A stretch of 64,000 bases of DNA. Source: Planctomycetota bacterium (GTDB lineage Bacteria > Planctomycetota > UBA1135 > UBA2386). Position 1 is the stretch's first letter; every line of letters starts with the position of its first letter. A program made the position numbers and the translations under genes. The stretch is from positions 800,001 through 864,000 of the forward strand of contig JBKAGP010000001.1 of the NCBI GenBank assembly GCA_046290465.1. Reading direction: 5' to 3'. Positions 33,096-43,100 of the stretch are shown here, piece by piece. The notes beneath the pieces were generated by a model. It ran no database searches, was not told where the DNA came from, and worked only from the letters and a program-made list of their open reading frames with translations.

Positions 33096-34346
33096 ATGAA
33101 GGTGTCGTTCGCCGCGGGCCGCCCAGCTCGCCTCGTCGCTGAGATCCTCGCGCTCGCCGGGCCGCTTACCGCCCAGACCACCCACCTCGTCGGTCCGGGC
33201 GGCCACCCGCAGATCCACGACGCCCTGCTCGTCGCCGCGCCGGGCGACACCGTGCTGGTGCAGCAGGGCGCCTACCTGCCGTTCGATCTGGCGGTCGGCG
33301 TGCGCATCGTCGCTCCGGACGGCGCCACCGTCTCGCCGGCAATCGGCGCCGACTTCCAGCGCACCCTCGCGGTGCCGGCGGGACAGCGCGCCACGATCTC
33401 CGGGCTCCAGTTCCGCAGCGTCTCGTCGTATCCACCCGCCATCCACCCGGTGAACCTGACGATCACCGGCCATGCGGTGTTCACCGACTGCGAGTTTTAC
33501 AGCCCCAACGCCGACTTCGACGCACCGCTGACCGTCTGCGGCGGCGACCTGCAGTTCGACCGCTGCTCGTGGATCAACCTGCACGACTGCATGCGGGTCG
33601 TCGGCGGGCGGGTGCTGCTCAACCAGTGCGAACTGCGCGGCATCTACCAGGGCTACAACCCGGGTCCATCGCGCGCGGTCCACGCGACCGGCGGCACCGT
33701 CGTCGCCCACCACTGCGAACTGCGCGGCTCCGCCGGCAGCAGCAGTTCGTCGACGCTCGGGGCGCCGGCGGTCGAACTCGAGGGCAACGCCCGGCTCGAA
33801 CTGACCGACTGCGAGGTGTTCGGCGGCGACAACCTCTACTTCACGACCCCGATCCCGCCCGGCGCCGTCGTCAACCACACCGGTGTGCCGGTCCAGCACG
33901 CGCGCACGACCGCGGTCGGCGGGCTCGGCAACCTGCGCGGCTGGCCGCCGCTGGTTGCCAACGCACCCGGCTTCGTCGGGCCGGCCCAGCAGGTGCCGCT
34001 GGCGGGCGGAGCGGCAGCGGTCCCGACCGCCGGGGCGCCGTTCCAGGCGCTGCTGACGGCCGGCCTCCACGACGTCGTGCTGGTCGGCCTCGGCTTCGCG
34101 CGAGGGCCGGCGCTCGCGGTGCCGTTCGCGGCGCAGCCGGTGCACTTCGACCCGGCGACCGTGATCGCCTACCAGTGGAGCGTCGCGACCACCCCGATCC
34201 CGTCGTGGCCCGGTGCGGCCAGCACGACCGCGCAGACCCCGATGCTGACCGCGGCGATGCTCGGCCAACAGTTCTGGCTGCATCCGCTCAGCTTCGACGG
34301 GATGCAATTCCGCGTCGGCCCGCCGCTCGGCGGCTACGTCCGCTGA
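33096..34346 (+). CDS. secreted beta-helix-like protein, distant paralog of 2330/3443
   Basis: AQTTHLVGPGGHPQIHDALLVAAPGDTVLVQQGAY; ends PLGGYVR, like PVVGGLVR in 3443..4531. Confidence 0.7.
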   Translation: MKVSFAAGRPARLVAEILALAGPLTAQTTHLVGPGGHPQIHDALLVAAPGDTVLVQQGAYLPFDLAVGVRIVAPDGATVSPAIGADFQRTLAVPAGQRATISGLQFRSVSSYPPAIHPVNLTITGHAVFTDCEFYSPNADFDAPLTVCGGDLQFDRCSWINLHDCMRVVGGRVLLNQCELRGIYQGYNPGPSRAVHATGGTVVAHHCELRGSAGSSSSSTLGAPAVELEGNARLELTDCEVFGGDNLYFTTPIPPGAVVNHTGVPVQHARTTAVGGLGNLRGWPPLVANAPGFVGPAQQVPLAGGAAAVPTAGAPFQALLTAGLHDVVLVGLGFARGPALAVPFAAQPVHFDPATVIAYQWSVATTPIPSWPGAASTTAQTPMLTAAMLGQQFWLHPLSFDGMQFRVGPPLGGYVR

Positions 34347-34362
34347 CGGGCCGTGCGCGCCG

Positions 34363-35532
34363 CTACTGCCAGGTCTGCAGTCCCTCGGCCACCGTCGGCG
34401 TCGGGTCGCCCGACCAGGTGAACGGCGGGTTCTGCCCGAAGTCGCCGGTGTGCGCGAACGTCGTGACGCGGAACGGCGGGTTGGAGACCGCGAACTCGCT
34501 GCGCGGTACGACCATCACGACGGTGTCGCCGCGGATCACGGCGCGGGCCGCCGACGACACCGTCTGGATGTTGTTGCCGGCGCCGACCACCTTGCAGGTC
34601 AGCGTCCAGCCGTTCGTCGGCGTGTAGTTCAGTTCGTACCAGCGGTCGGTATCGGCGAAGAAGTCGTCCGGGAAGCTCGCGGACGGCACGTAGTTGTTGG
34701 CAGGGTTGGCGTCGCTGTCGCAGACGACCGCGTACTGGAAGATCTCGGTCTGCGACGCGAGCGGGATGTCGTCCGACACCGAGTACCAGAAGGTGACGTA
34801 GTCCCCCGCCTGCAGCGGCGCGCCCGGACTGGCCTCGACGGTGAAGCCGTTCGGCCCGGTTCCGGTCGGGAACGTCTCGTTGCCCTCGTCGGTCACCCCG
34901 GTGAACAGCGCCGTCAGCTGCACGATCGTCAAGAACGCCGCGACCGCCCCGAACAACCGCACGTCCTGCGCCAGCGACGGGATCCGCTGCGGCACCAGCG
35001 GGTTGCTGTTGCGGGTCAGCACGCCGACCTGCGCGACCAGGACGCTGGCGAAGAACAGCGTCGCGAACGCCGGCTCCTGCATCAGAGCCAGCACCGCGAA
35101 CGCATTGCTCGCGAACAGCAGGTTGTTCCAGGTGATCGGGAAGTCGCGCGTCGTCGAACCCTCGAGGTATCGGGCGAACACGTTGACGGTCAGCACCGCC
35201 ACCAGCACGACGGTGGTGAACACCTGCACGACGAACTCCTCGCCGGGCGCGAGCGTGACCGTCGGCGTCGGGGTCTCGCAGCCGGCCGGGCAGTCGACCG
35301 AGAACTCCATGTCGCCATTGACGGTGCCGGGCGCGGTCTCGTTGCGCAGCGTCAGCAGGCCGACCAGCACGCTGGTGGTCGCGGCCGGGTTGAGCAGCAC
35401 GTTGCCGCCGCCGATCACGGTGGCCGCAACGACGGCGGGGACATCGACGACCAGCTGGCCGTTCGAGCTGCGGCGGCAGCCGAACAGACCGACGATCACG
35501 ATCAGGAAGACCATCAGGCGGCGCGTGTTCAT
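34363..35532 (-). CDS. hypothetical lipoprotein
   Basis: MNTRRLMVFLIVIVGLFGC lipobox; GC3-biased codons; beta-rich C-terminal domain. Confidence 0.7.
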   Translation of the reverse strand: MNTRRLMVFLIVIVGLFGCRRSSNGQLVVDVPAVVAATVIGGGNVLLNPAATTSVLVGLLTLRNETAPGTVNGDMEFSVDCPAGCETPTPTVTLAPGEEFVVQVFTTVVLVAVLTVNVFARYLEGSTTRDFPITWNNLLFASNAFAVLALMQEPAFATLFFASVLVAQVGVLTRNSNPLVPQRIPSLAQDVRLFGAVAAFLTIVQLTALFTGVTDEGNETFPTGTGPNGFTVEASPGAPLQAGDYVTFWYSVSDDIPLASQTEIFQYAVVCDSDANPANNYVPSASFPDDFFADTDRWYELNYTPTNGWTLTCKVVGAGNNIQTVSSAARAVIRGDTVVMVVPRSEFAVSNPPFRVTTFAHTGDFGQNPPFTWSGDPTPTVAEGLQTWQ

Positions 35533-35763
35533 GGCCACCCAGGCGGCAATGGCGGCCGTGCACCGCCAGGAAAGTGCCGCGATTCCGGAGCGTTCGCGGG
35601 CGTTACGGCAGCGCGCAGAGCGAGAGCACCGCGCTCGCCGTCGCGTACGCCTCCATGCCACCGTAGCTCCAGGCGTCGTCGGCCGGCCCGTGCGCGGTCG
35701 CGCCGTCTACGATGCGGTGGCCGGGCAACGCATCGTGCAGCGCCGTTCGCCAGACGTCGGCGT

Positions 35764-35846
35764 GCTAGGAGCGTGTCCATCTAGTGGACGCGCTGCCAAC
35801 CGTGATCGCGGAAGCGGCGTGTACGCGTGCGGACGGGGCTTTGCCC
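35764..35846 (+). repeat. 83-bp dispersed palindromic intergenic repeat, copy 2
   Basis: GCTAGGAGCGTGTCCATCTAGTGGACGCGCT...GGGGCTTTGCCC. Confidence 0.92.
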
Positions 35847-36034
35847 GCTCACGGCCGTAGCCGCCATCGCGCGTCGCGGCCTGTCGGCGGCCGGCACGCT
35901 GCGGCCGGATTCCGTGCAGATATCCACAGGCTCCCGGCAAGGTTCTGGCGCATCCGGCCCCGCCCCTCCACAATCCTCGCGCGCGGGATACGTAGGGGTA
36001 CGGCCCGCCGAACCCACTACCGCAACCACAGCTC

Positions 36035-36748
36035 ATGACCGAGACCGATTCCCCGACCCCTGCTCCGAGCCCGGCCGTCACCCCTTCGCCCGCCGGCCCT
36101 GCCGAGAGCGTCATCATCCGGCCGTGGCCGAAGGTCGTGTTCCTCTACCCGACCTTCGTCATCTCGACGATCTTCTTCCTGCTCAGCTGGCTCGACCTCG
36201 GCATCGGGCCGGACGTGCTCGGCAACGCGTGGATGCTCGTGTTCATGCTGAACATCCTGATCTTCGCGTTCGACTTCTCGCGGATCTGGTCGATCGTGAT
36301 GGTGTTCGCCATCGCGCTGGTGGTCGTGCTGTTGTTCTGGCTCGACCTGACCGGCTACATGGGCAAGGTGCTCGGCAAGGTGCACATCGAGATGAACACG
36401 CCGTTCTACGGCTTCATGAGCGGCGGCCTCGGCCTGCTGCTGCTGATCGTGTTCATCAACAGCCGGTTCCACTACTACGAGGTCAACGCGCGCGAGATCC
36501 TGCACCACCACGGCTACCTCGGCGACGTGCGCCGCTGGTCGACCGAGGGCCTCGAGATGAACAAGGAGATCTACGACGTCGCGGAGTACATGCTGCTGCG
36601 CAGCGGCCGGCTGATCTTCAACCCGATGACCTCGAAGAAGGCCGTCGTCGTCGACAACGTCGCCAACGTCAACCGCATCGAGAAGTCGATCAACGACCTG
36701 CTGAGCCACGTCGCGGTCCGCATCAACCAGCGCCCGGGCCCGGGCTAA
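36035..36748 (+). CDS. membrane protein with C-terminal bacterial PH-like domain
   Basis: About 4 TM helices followed by a soluble 'YYEVNAREILHHHGYLG...' region; first gene of the sugar operon. Confidence 0.65.
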   Translation: MTETDSPTPAPSPAVTPSPAGPAESVIIRPWPKVVFLYPTFVISTIFFLLSWLDLGIGPDVLGNAWMLVFMLNILIFAFDFSRIWSIVMVFAIALVVVLLFWLDLTGYMGKVLGKVHIEMNTPFYGFMSGGLGLLLLIVFINSRFHYYEVNAREILHHHGYLGDVRRWSTEGLEMNKEIYDVAEYMLLRSGRLIFNPMTSKKAVVVDNVANVNRIEKSINDLLSHVAVRINQRPGPG

Positions 36749-36757
36749 TCGTCTGCA

Positions 36758-38911
36758 TTGCCTGAGATCCTGATCGGTCTGGCCTCGTGCCACGAGGCCT
36801 TCGTCGCAGCTCCCCTGATCCAACGACTGCTGGCGCACCCGGCCGGGGCGCGCGTCGCCCTGCTGGGCGGCGAGCCGGAGCTGGCCCACGCTCGCAGCCT
36901 CGGGCTGCCCGAGGTCGAGGTGGAGCTGGCCCGCGAGGTGCGCGGCGAGCGGCTCGACGAGGTCGCCGCCTTCGCTCGTGAAGTGCTGCGCGATGCCGAG
37001 CTCGTGCTGACCGTCGGCAGCGGGCGGCTGGCGACCGCGCTTTGGGACGTCGCGCGCAGCGCCGGCAGCCGGTGCGTGCACGTCGACGCGGGCGAGCGCA
37101 CGGGCGACCACCGCGACCGCATCCGCCGCCTCGCCGACCACGCCGCCGATGCCTGCCTGGTGCGCAGCGACGCCGAACGTGAACACCTGCTGCGCGAAGG
37201 CATGGCCGAGGCCGACCTCGCCGTGGTCGGCTCGTTGACCGGCCAGGCGCTGGCCGCGCTGCCGCCGGCCACAGCACCCGCGCAGCCGTTCGTGTGGCTG
37301 GCCGGTGAGCACCTGCGAGACCCGGAGCTCGAGCAGACCGCGCGCGAGGCGTGCGAACGGCTCGACCTGCAGCTGCAGGTCGCGCAGAAGGACGACGATC
37401 CGCGCAGCCAGCTCGACCGCGCGCGCACCGCGGCGGTGATCGTCACCGACAGCTGCGGCTACCAGGAGTTCGCCGCGGCGGCCGGCATCCCGTGCGTCGT
37501 GCTGGCCCCCGCCGGCGCCCGTTGGGACCTGCTGGTGTCCGGCGGCGCGGTCGTCGCCGAGCACCCGGTCGAGCTGCAGGCGGCGATCGAACATGCGCGG
37601 CAGTCCCGGCTGGCGGCGCCGCCGGCGACCGACGCCGCCGCAGCGATCGTGGCGGCGCTCGAAGCGTGGTCGGGTCCCGACGTCGACGCGGACGCCGACC
37701 AGACGCTGCCGACCGAGGCCAACGCCAGCGGCCGCACGTTCGACGACGCCGAGCTGCGCATGCTGCACGCGGCGCTGCGATCGGGCACGCTCAACTCGAC
37801 GCGCGGCACGTTCGTCAGCCGGTTCGAACGCGAGTTCGCCGAGTGGCTCGGCGTCGAGCATGCGATCGCCTGCGCCAACGGCTCGGCCGCAGTGCACTGC
37901 GCAATCGCGGCGCTGCGGCTGTCCGCCGGCGACGAGGTCGTCACGACTCCCATCACCGACATGGGGGCGCTGACCCCGATCTGGTACGAGGGCGCGGTGC
38001 CGGTGTTCGCGGACGTCGACCCGGACACGCTCAACGTCACCGCCGACACCATCGCTGCGCAGCTGACCGAGCGGACCCGCGCGATCATCGTCACCCACCT
38101 GTTCGGCCGGCCCTGCGACATGGCGCCGATCGTCGCGTTGGCGGAGTCGCGCGGGCTGCCGCTGATCGAGGACACCGCGCAGGCGTTCGGCGCTACGCTC
38201 GGCGAACGGGCCGTCGGCACGTTCGGCAAGGTGTCGGCGTTCTCGCTGCAGCAGGGCAAGCACATCACCACCGGCGAGGGCGGCATCGTCTGCACCGACG
38301 ACGCCGAGATCGCGCGCCGTGTGTTCCTGTTCGTCAACAAGGCGTGGGGCTACGGCGACCCGAAGCCCGACCACTACTTCCCGGCGCTCAACTACCGCAT
38401 GACCGAGCTGCAGGGCGCGGTCGCCTGCGCGCAGCTGCCGAAGCTCGACGAGGTGATCGCGCACCGTCGGATGATCGCCGCCGATTTGCATTCGCGCCTG
38501 CACGGATTGGCCGGCATCCGCTGCCCGGACGACCCCGACAACGGCCAGCACGTCTACTGGAAGTGGTCGTTCCTGGTCGACGCCGAGGTCGTGCCCGGCG
38601 GCGCCGTCGCGCTCGGCGCCCGCATGCGCGAGCAGGGCATCGCCTGCGCGCCGCGCTATGTGCAGAAGCCGGCCTTCGAGTGCCAGCTGTTCCGCGACTG
38701 GCGGTCGCACCCGGTCAGCAGCCTGCCCCTGCAGCACAACCCGCGCGGCACCACCGACGGGCCGCTGTTCGATCGTTCGCAGTATCCCGGCTCGATCCGA
38801 GGCCTCGAGCAGGTCGTGGTGCTGCCGATCAACGAACGCTACCGACCGCACCACGTCGAGATGGTCGCCGACGCGATCCGACGCTGCCACCAGGAGCTGA
38901 CCCGTGGCTGA
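36758..38911 (+). CDS. fusion: degenerate UDP-GlcNAc 2-epimerase-like domain + DegT/DnrJ/EryC1/StrS aminotransferase
   Basis: N-terminal HVDAGER and IVTDSCGYQE..AAAAGIPCVVL; C-terminal ANGSAA, PVFADVD, IEDTAQAFGA, SLQQGKHITTGEGG, NYRMTELQGA. Confidence 0.85.
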   Translation: MPEILIGLASCHEAFVAAPLIQRLLAHPAGARVALLGGEPELAHARSLGLPEVEVELAREVRGERLDEVAAFAREVLRDAELVLTVGSGRLATALWDVARSAGSRCVHVDAGERTGDHRDRIRRLADHAADACLVRSDAEREHLLREGMAEADLAVVGSLTGQALAALPPATAPAQPFVWLAGEHLRDPELEQTAREACERLDLQLQVAQKDDDPRSQLDRARTAAVIVTDSCGYQEFAAAAGIPCVVLAPAGARWDLLVSGGAVVAEHPVELQAAIEHARQSRLAAPPATDAAAAIVAALEAWSGPDVDADADQTLPTEANASGRTFDDAELRMLHAALRSGTLNSTRGTFVSRFEREFAEWLGVEHAIACANGSAAVHCAIAALRLSAGDEVVTTPITDMGALTPIWYEGAVPVFADVDPDTLNVTADTIAAQLTERTRAIIVTHLFGRPCDMAPIVALAESRGLPLIEDTAQAFGATLGERAVGTFGKVSAFSLQQGKHITTGEGGIVCTDDAEIARRVFLFVNKAWGYGDPKPDHYFPALNYRMTELQGAVACAQLPKLDEVIAHRRMIAADLHSRLHGLAGIRCPDDPDNGQHVYWKWSFLVDAEVVPGGAVALGARMREQGIACAPRYVQKPAFECQLFRDWRSHPVSSLPLQHNPRGTTDGPLFDRSQYPGSIRGLEQVVVLPINERYRPHHVEMVADAIRRCHQELTRG

Positions 38912-39878
38912 GCTCTCGGTCGCGATCCTCGGCTGCGGCGGCATCGCCGATGCCTACCGGCAGGCGCTGCAGCAGCTCGACGGCGTGCGCATCGCCGCGG
39001 TGGTCGATCCGGACGACGTGGCGCGCACGCGCTTCGCCGAGTCGACCGGCGCCGCCGCGTTCGCCGCGCCCGAAGCGATGCCCGACGTCGACACGGCGCT
39101 GGTGCTGAGTCCGCCCGACACCCACGAGCGCCTGACCTGCAGCCTGCTCGCTCGCGGCATGCACGTGCTGTGCGAGAAGCCGCTGGCGCCGACGCTGGCA
39201 GCCGCCGACCGCATGCTCGACGTGGCGCGCGATGCCGACCGGCGGCTGATGATGGGCAGCAAGTTCCGCTACACCCCGGACGTCGCCGAAGCGCGGCAGC
39301 TGCTCGACCGGCAGGTCTGCGGCGACGTCGTGCTCTACGAGAACGTGTTCTGCTCCCACGTCGACATGACCCGGCGCTGGAACAGCCGACCGGAGATCAG
39401 CGGCGGCGGCGTGCTGATCGACAACGGCTGCCACAGCGTCGACCTCGCCCGCTACCTGCTCGGCCCGCTGTCGAAGGTGCAGGTGCAGTTCGGCCGCCGC
39501 GTGCAGGACCTGCCGGTCGAAGACACCGCGCGCATGCTGTTCCAGAGCCGCAGCAACGCGCTCGGCTCGATCGACCTGTCGTGGAGCGTGCACAAGCAGA
39601 CCGACGCCTACGTGCGCATCATCGGCACCCGCGGCACGCTCGAGATCGGCTGGCGCGGGTCGCGCTGGAAGGCCACCGACGGCGACTGGCAGCCGTTCGG
39701 CGTCGGCTACGACAAGGTGACCGCGTTCCGCACCCAGCTGCAGAACTTCTTCGCGTGGGTGCGCGGCGACGCGGCCCCGGTGATCGACGACACCGACGCG
39801 CGCGCTTCGGTCGTGGTCGTCGACTGCGCCTACCGGGCGGCAAAGGAAGAGCGCTGGGTCGAGATCCCGGAGGCCTGA
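38904..39878 (+). CDS. Gfo/Idh/MocA-family oxidoreductase (WbpB-like)
   Basis: GCGGIA Rossmann motif, HVLCEKPL, GGGVLIDNGCHSVD. Confidence 0.9.
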   Translation: MAELSVAILGCGGIADAYRQALQQLDGVRIAAVVDPDDVARTRFAESTGAAAFAAPEAMPDVDTALVLSPPDTHERLTCSLLARGMHVLCEKPLAPTLAAADRMLDVARDADRRLMMGSKFRYTPDVAEARQLLDRQVCGDVVLYENVFCSHVDMTRRWNSRPEISGGGVLIDNGCHSVDLARYLLGPLSKVQVQFGRRVQDLPVEDTARMLFQSRSNALGSIDLSWSVHKQTDAYVRIIGTRGTLEIGWRGSRWKATDGDWQPFGVGYDKVTAFRTQLQNFFAWVRGDAAPVIDDTDARASVVVVDCAYRAAKEERWVEIPEA

Positions 39879-40468
39879 TGGCGGACGACGTACGGATCCA
39901 CGCGACCGCCATCGTCGAACACGACGTCGAGATCGGCGCGCACACGTCGATCTGGGACGGCGTGCACATCCGCCACGGTGCCCGCATCGGCGCGCGCTGC
40001 ATCGTCGGCGAGAAGACCTACATCGCCTACGACGTCACCATCGGCGATCTGTGCAAGCTCAACGCCAACGTCTACGTCTGCGCCGGCGTGACCCTCGAGG
40101 ACGGCGTGATGATCGCCGCCCACACGGTGTTCACCAACGACCTGCTGCCGCGCGCGACCGACCCCGACGTCACCGAGCTGCGATCCAGCGCACCCGACGA
40201 AGCGACGCTGCGCACGTACGTGCAGCAGGGCGCGACCGTCGGCGCCAACTGCACCATCGGCCCCGGCGTCACGCTCGGCGCCTGGTGCATGGTCGGCATG
40301 GGCAGCGTCGTCACGCGCAACGTGGAGCCGCACACGCTGGTGCGCGGCAACCCGGCGCGACCGGTCGGCAAGGTCTGCGCCTGCGGTCGGCTGGTGGCGC
40401 GGGTCGACGCCGATGGCCAGCTGCCACCCGGCCCACACGCGTGCGGCTGCGGCCGGCACGTCGGCTGA
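39878..40468 (+). CDS. hexapeptide-repeat N-acetyltransferase (WbpD-like)
   Basis: IHATAIVE, VFTND, GATVGANCTI, VGMGSVVT, GNPAR, C-terminal CxCG ribbon; TGATG coupling. Confidence 0.9.
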   Translation: MADDVRIHATAIVEHDVEIGAHTSIWDGVHIRHGARIGARCIVGEKTYIAYDVTIGDLCKLNANVYVCAGVTLEDGVMIAAHTVFTNDLLPRATDPDVTELRSSAPDEATLRTYVQQGATVGANCTIGPGVTLGAWCMVGMGSVVTRNVEPHTLVRGNPARPVGKVCACGRLVARVDADGQLPPGPHACGCGRHVG

Positions 40469-40528
40469 GGCGGCGCGCGCACGCGCTCGGCCCGCCGGCG
40501 GCTGGCGCGGCGTGTCCGGGGCGTGCGC

Positions 40529-42850
40529 CTACAAACCCGCGTACGACGACGGCAGGCAGTAGTACCACTTGTTCCAGCGGTCGTTCTCGTTGACGTTGCC
40601 GCGCAGCATGCCGCCGTAGGTCAGCGCCTTGGAGCGCACCGCTGGATCGTCGGTCATGTCGGCCAGCAGGTGCAGGCTCGCCAGCAAGAACGTGTGCGCG
40701 CCGCCGAGCGGCGAGTCGCCGAAGTGCGCCCCGACCGACAGCCCGTCCCAGTGGTTGGCGGGCACCGGCGTGCCGTTGTGCGACGCCGGCACGTAGTAGC
40801 GCAGGCCGTTGGTGACGAACCCGAACGTCGGATGGTTCATGTTGGTCACCCACGAGTATTCGACCGTCGTCGCGACGTCTTCGGCGATGTCCATCAGCAC
40901 CGGCTCCCCGAAGCTGCGGTAGGCACCGAGGAAGCCGTAGAGCACCGCGCCGTGCTGCCACGGCATGAAGAACTCGTGGTTGAGCGGGTACTGCGTCGTC
41001 GCGTAGTTCTGCTGGAACATCAGCGCCCGGCTCGGGTGGTTCTTCTTGCGCTGCGTGTCGACGATCTCGTTGACGCGCCGCATCGCGTAGTCCTTGATCG
41101 ACTCGTCCTGGGTCGCCTGGTAGACCTGCGCGAAGCCCTGCATGCACCAGCCTTCGGCGCGCGCCGGCTGGATCCCCTGCGTGTAGTAGTAGGTCAGCCG
41201 CATCAGGCCCTTCAGGCTCTGGCCGAGCTGGCGCAGCTCCTCCTTGGCCCAGGCGTCGCCGCTCATCGTCCAGTAGTCGAACAGCAGGTCGGTCGACCAG
41301 TGCTCGTGGTCGAAGTGCTGCCAGCCGTGCGCCTTCGGCTGGCCGTCGCTGAGGCTGCGGTAGGCAGGGTACGGGTCGCTGTCGCGCAGGACCTTGCGGC
41401 CGAGGTGCTCGCCCGGCAGGTTCAGGTACGGGATGCCGTCCCACAGCAGGATCTGCTGCTCGGCGCCGACCTCGAGGCCGTAGAGGTGGTACGGACGCAT
41501 CGCCTGCGCCCACGCCATCTGCTCGAGCTTCTCGACCAGGCGGTGGTGCTGCCCCTGGATCGCGTGCGCCATCTCGGGACTCAGCGGATGGTTGCGCGGC
41601 GTGCCGGTGGTCGCGGTGACCAGCGGGTCGCTGCGATAGCCCCAGGTGCCGAACCAGTTGGTGCCGTTCCAGCTGCCGTACTCGTTGGCGGCGCGCTGGC
41701 CGGCGTTCGACGGGCCGGGCATCGGCCCACCGACCAGGCCGGCCGCGCCGGTCTCCTCCCAGGCACGCTGCGTCGCCAGCGCGAACAGCGGCTTCTGGAT
41801 CATCGCATCGGCGGTATTGCGCCAACGGTCCTTGTCGGCCTGCGACGCACCGCTCGGCTCGAAGCGCAGCAAGAACCGGTAGCGGCGCGTCTGCGCGTCG
41901 CTGAGGTACGTGTTCTGCATCACGCGGAAGCCGTCGAAGCCGCCGCTCAGCGAGGTCGCGTTCTGGATGTTCTCGCTGCTGGCGCGATACGGGATGCACT
42001 CCGCCGCCCCCTTGCACAGGAAGTAGGCGCCGCGCACGTCCGCGTCGCCGAGCGCGCGCAGGTTGGGGTCGGGGTTGGCGCCCGGGTTGTCGGCGCCGAG
42101 GTAGTCGTTGCCGAGCACCCAGTCGACGACCACGAACGGCATGTCGCGGAACTCGGTGACGTAGTAGGTCGAGGTCAGGTAGTCGCGCCCGATGCCCGGA
42201 CCGCTGACAGCCTCGTGGTAGGTGCGATAACGACGGGTCTCGACCAGCGACGACGTCTGCAGCAGCTCCCCCGCGCCGGTCGCGAAGCTGCGGTACGGCA
42301 CCTGGAACGTGTCGCGCACCTCGGCCCCGAACTCGTACGTGCCGGCAAACTGCGACACCCAGCCGTTGCGTTCGAACGCGCCGGTCAGCGCGGTCTCGTC
42401 GCGCGCGACGACGTACTGCTTGCTCTCACCCGCCTCGAGTTCGTCGGTGAACTGCGCCTGCGCCACCTTGACGCGGCCGTCCGGCCAGAACTGCAGCGGC
42501 ATCCACGCCGTCTGGTGGCCGCTGACCACCATGTTGTCCAGGTCCCCCGGCTGGTAGCCGCCCTGCGGGAACGGCACCGACGCGCGGATCGTCTCGGTGC
42601 GCGCCTTGCTCGCATCGTTGTCGACCGAGAAGTCCAGCACGACCTCCAGCGGGTTGCCGGTGCCGCCAGGACCACCCGGCCCACCGCCGCTGCCGGGATC
42701 CCCGCCACCGCCGCCGCTGCCGTCGGGGTTGCCGGTGCCCCCGGTTTCGTCGCTGCCGGCCCCACATGCTGCCAGTGCTAGAAGGGTGCAGACGGCCATG
42801 CGTCGCGCAAGGCCGCTGCCATGACGATGAGGATGCTTGGTGCAGGTCAT
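40529..42850 (-). CDS. large lipoprotein, possible RIFT-barrel + alpha/alpha-toroid (PcRGLX-like) architecture
   Basis: LAAC lipobox, Gly-rich linker, 'RASVPFPQG...WPDGRVK', DHEH...YWTMSGD; start may be 42799. Confidence 0.6.
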   Translation of the reverse strand: MTCTKHPHRHGSGLARRMAVCTLLALAACGAGSDETGGTGNPDGSGGGGGDPGSGGGPGGPGGTGNPLEVVLDFSVDNDASKARTETIRASVPFPQGGYQPGDLDNMVVSGHQTAWMPLQFWPDGRVKVAQAQFTDELEAGESKQYVVARDETALTGAFERNGWVSQFAGTYEFGAEVRDTFQVPYRSFATGAGELLQTSSLVETRRYRTYHEAVSGPGIGRDYLTSTYYVTEFRDMPFVVVDWVLGNDYLGADNPGANPDPNLRALGDADVRGAYFLCKGAAECIPYRASSENIQNATSLSGGFDGFRVMQNTYLSDAQTRRYRFLLRFEPSGASQADKDRWRNTADAMIQKPLFALATQRAWEETGAAGLVGGPMPGPSNAGQRAANEYGSWNGTNWFGTWGYRSDPLVTATTGTPRNHPLSPEMAHAIQGQHHRLVEKLEQMAWAQAMRPYHLYGLEVGAEQQILLWDGIPYLNLPGEHLGRKVLRDSDPYPAYRSLSDGQPKAHGWQHFDHEHWSTDLLFDYWTMSGDAWAKEELRQLGQSLKGLMRLTYYYTQGIQPARAEGWCMQGFAQVYQATQDESIKDYAMRRVNEIVDTQRKKNHPSRALMFQQNYATTQYPLNHEFFMPWQHGAVLYGFLGAYRSFGEPVLMDIAEDVATTVEYSWVTNMNHPTFGFVTNGLRYYVPASHNGTPVPANHWDGLSVGAHFGDSPLGGAHTFLLASLHLLADMTDDPAVRSKALTYGGMLRGNVNENDRWNKWYYCLPSSYAGL

Positions 42851-43012
42851 GGTGTGCGAGGCAACGGCCCCCCTACGCAGGAGAACTCGTTGTCGGTCCG
42901 GGAGATCGACGCGGAATGACGGTGTCTGGAGTCGAGACCCTCACGGGATCCCGTTGTGGGGCATCCGGGCTTGGATGGCCCGGTTGCCGCGGCTACGGTG
43001 CGTGCCCCACCG

Positions 43013-43100
43013 GCGAGAGTGGCGGAATTGGCAGACGCACGGGTTTTAGGTGCCCGCGAGCTACTGGCTCATCGGGGTTCGAGTCCCCGCTCTCGCACCA
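43013..43100 (+). tRNA. tRNA-Leu (anticodon UAG)
   Basis: Acceptor GCGAGAG/CTCTCGC-A-CCA, D-arm TGGCGGAATTGGCAGACGC, anticodon stem CGGGT/GCCCG with loop TTTAGGT, long variable arm, TTCGAGT. Confidence 0.96.
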
